Origin: Mustelus asterias
Lineage: Eukaryota
DNA length: 64,000 bases
NCBI RefSeq assembly: GCF_964213995.1
Contig: NW_027590164.1
Location: forward strand, 868,001-932,000
Reading direction: 5' to 3'
Made by a program: the position numbers and the translations under genes. Below, in pieces: positions 63,738-64,000 of this stretch. Within the stretch, counting starts at the first letter, position 1, and each line of letters opens with the position of its first letter. The notes under the pieces are model-generated. The model saw only the letters and a program-made list of their open reading frames with translations, was not told the origin of the DNA and searched no databases.

Positions 63738-64000
63738 TCAGTCCTGGATGTGATTAACAGCAGAATCCACCTCATGTAAGCAAATGTGAACTTGCTGGTG
63801 TCTCAGCAGGGAAGTTGACCGAGTGAATCCCTTCCCACACTGAGAGCAGGTGAATGGCGTCTCCCCGGTGTGAACTCGCTGGTGTGTCTGCAGGGTGGAT
63901 AACTGAGTGAATCCCTTCCCACAGTCAGAGCAGGTGAACAGTCTCTCCCCGTATAAAATTGATGGTGTCTCACCTGGGTGGGGGAATCTCGGAATTGCTT
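63738..64000 (-). pseudogene. C2H2 zinc-finger array 3' end, frameshifted
   Basis: [38 protein letters not shown]...HQQVH; 1-nt loss in linker near 63951; minus-strand AATAAA at 63054-63059. Confidence 0.85.

Overview
Vertebrate genomic DNA from a cartilaginous fish (shark-type HE1/V-SINEs, CR1 LINEs, Penelope-like elements). The right half holds one complete, unrearranged and apparently intact IgM heavy-chain cluster on the + strand: leader 41286, VH, D1, D2, JH with 23/12-22/12-12/23 RSSs, C-mu1-4 plus secretory tail, TM1 and TM2 ending at 61216. A C2H2 zinc-finger remnant lies at the right edge. Upstream is a diverged paralogous copy of the cluster 5' flank (~13680-30237) that ends in a truncated VH pseudogene. 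Main unexpected result: most of the non-transposon 'unique' DNA upstream of the IgM cluster, and some inside it, translates on the minus strand into decayed pieces that resemble the L polymerase of Mononegavirales (RdRp motifs, capping domain, connector, methyltransferase). There are at least ~9 such pieces. Several cover the same L region, all share one orientation, several abut a ~29-bp minisatellite, and one is carried inside a Penelope-type hairpin with a TSD. The best-conserved blocks between the two paralogous flanks, including an octamer ATGCAAAT, lie inside this virus-like DNA. The viral calls are by-eye alignments against L sequences recalled from memory and need HMM/tblastn confirmation. 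Repeat boundaries are approximate.
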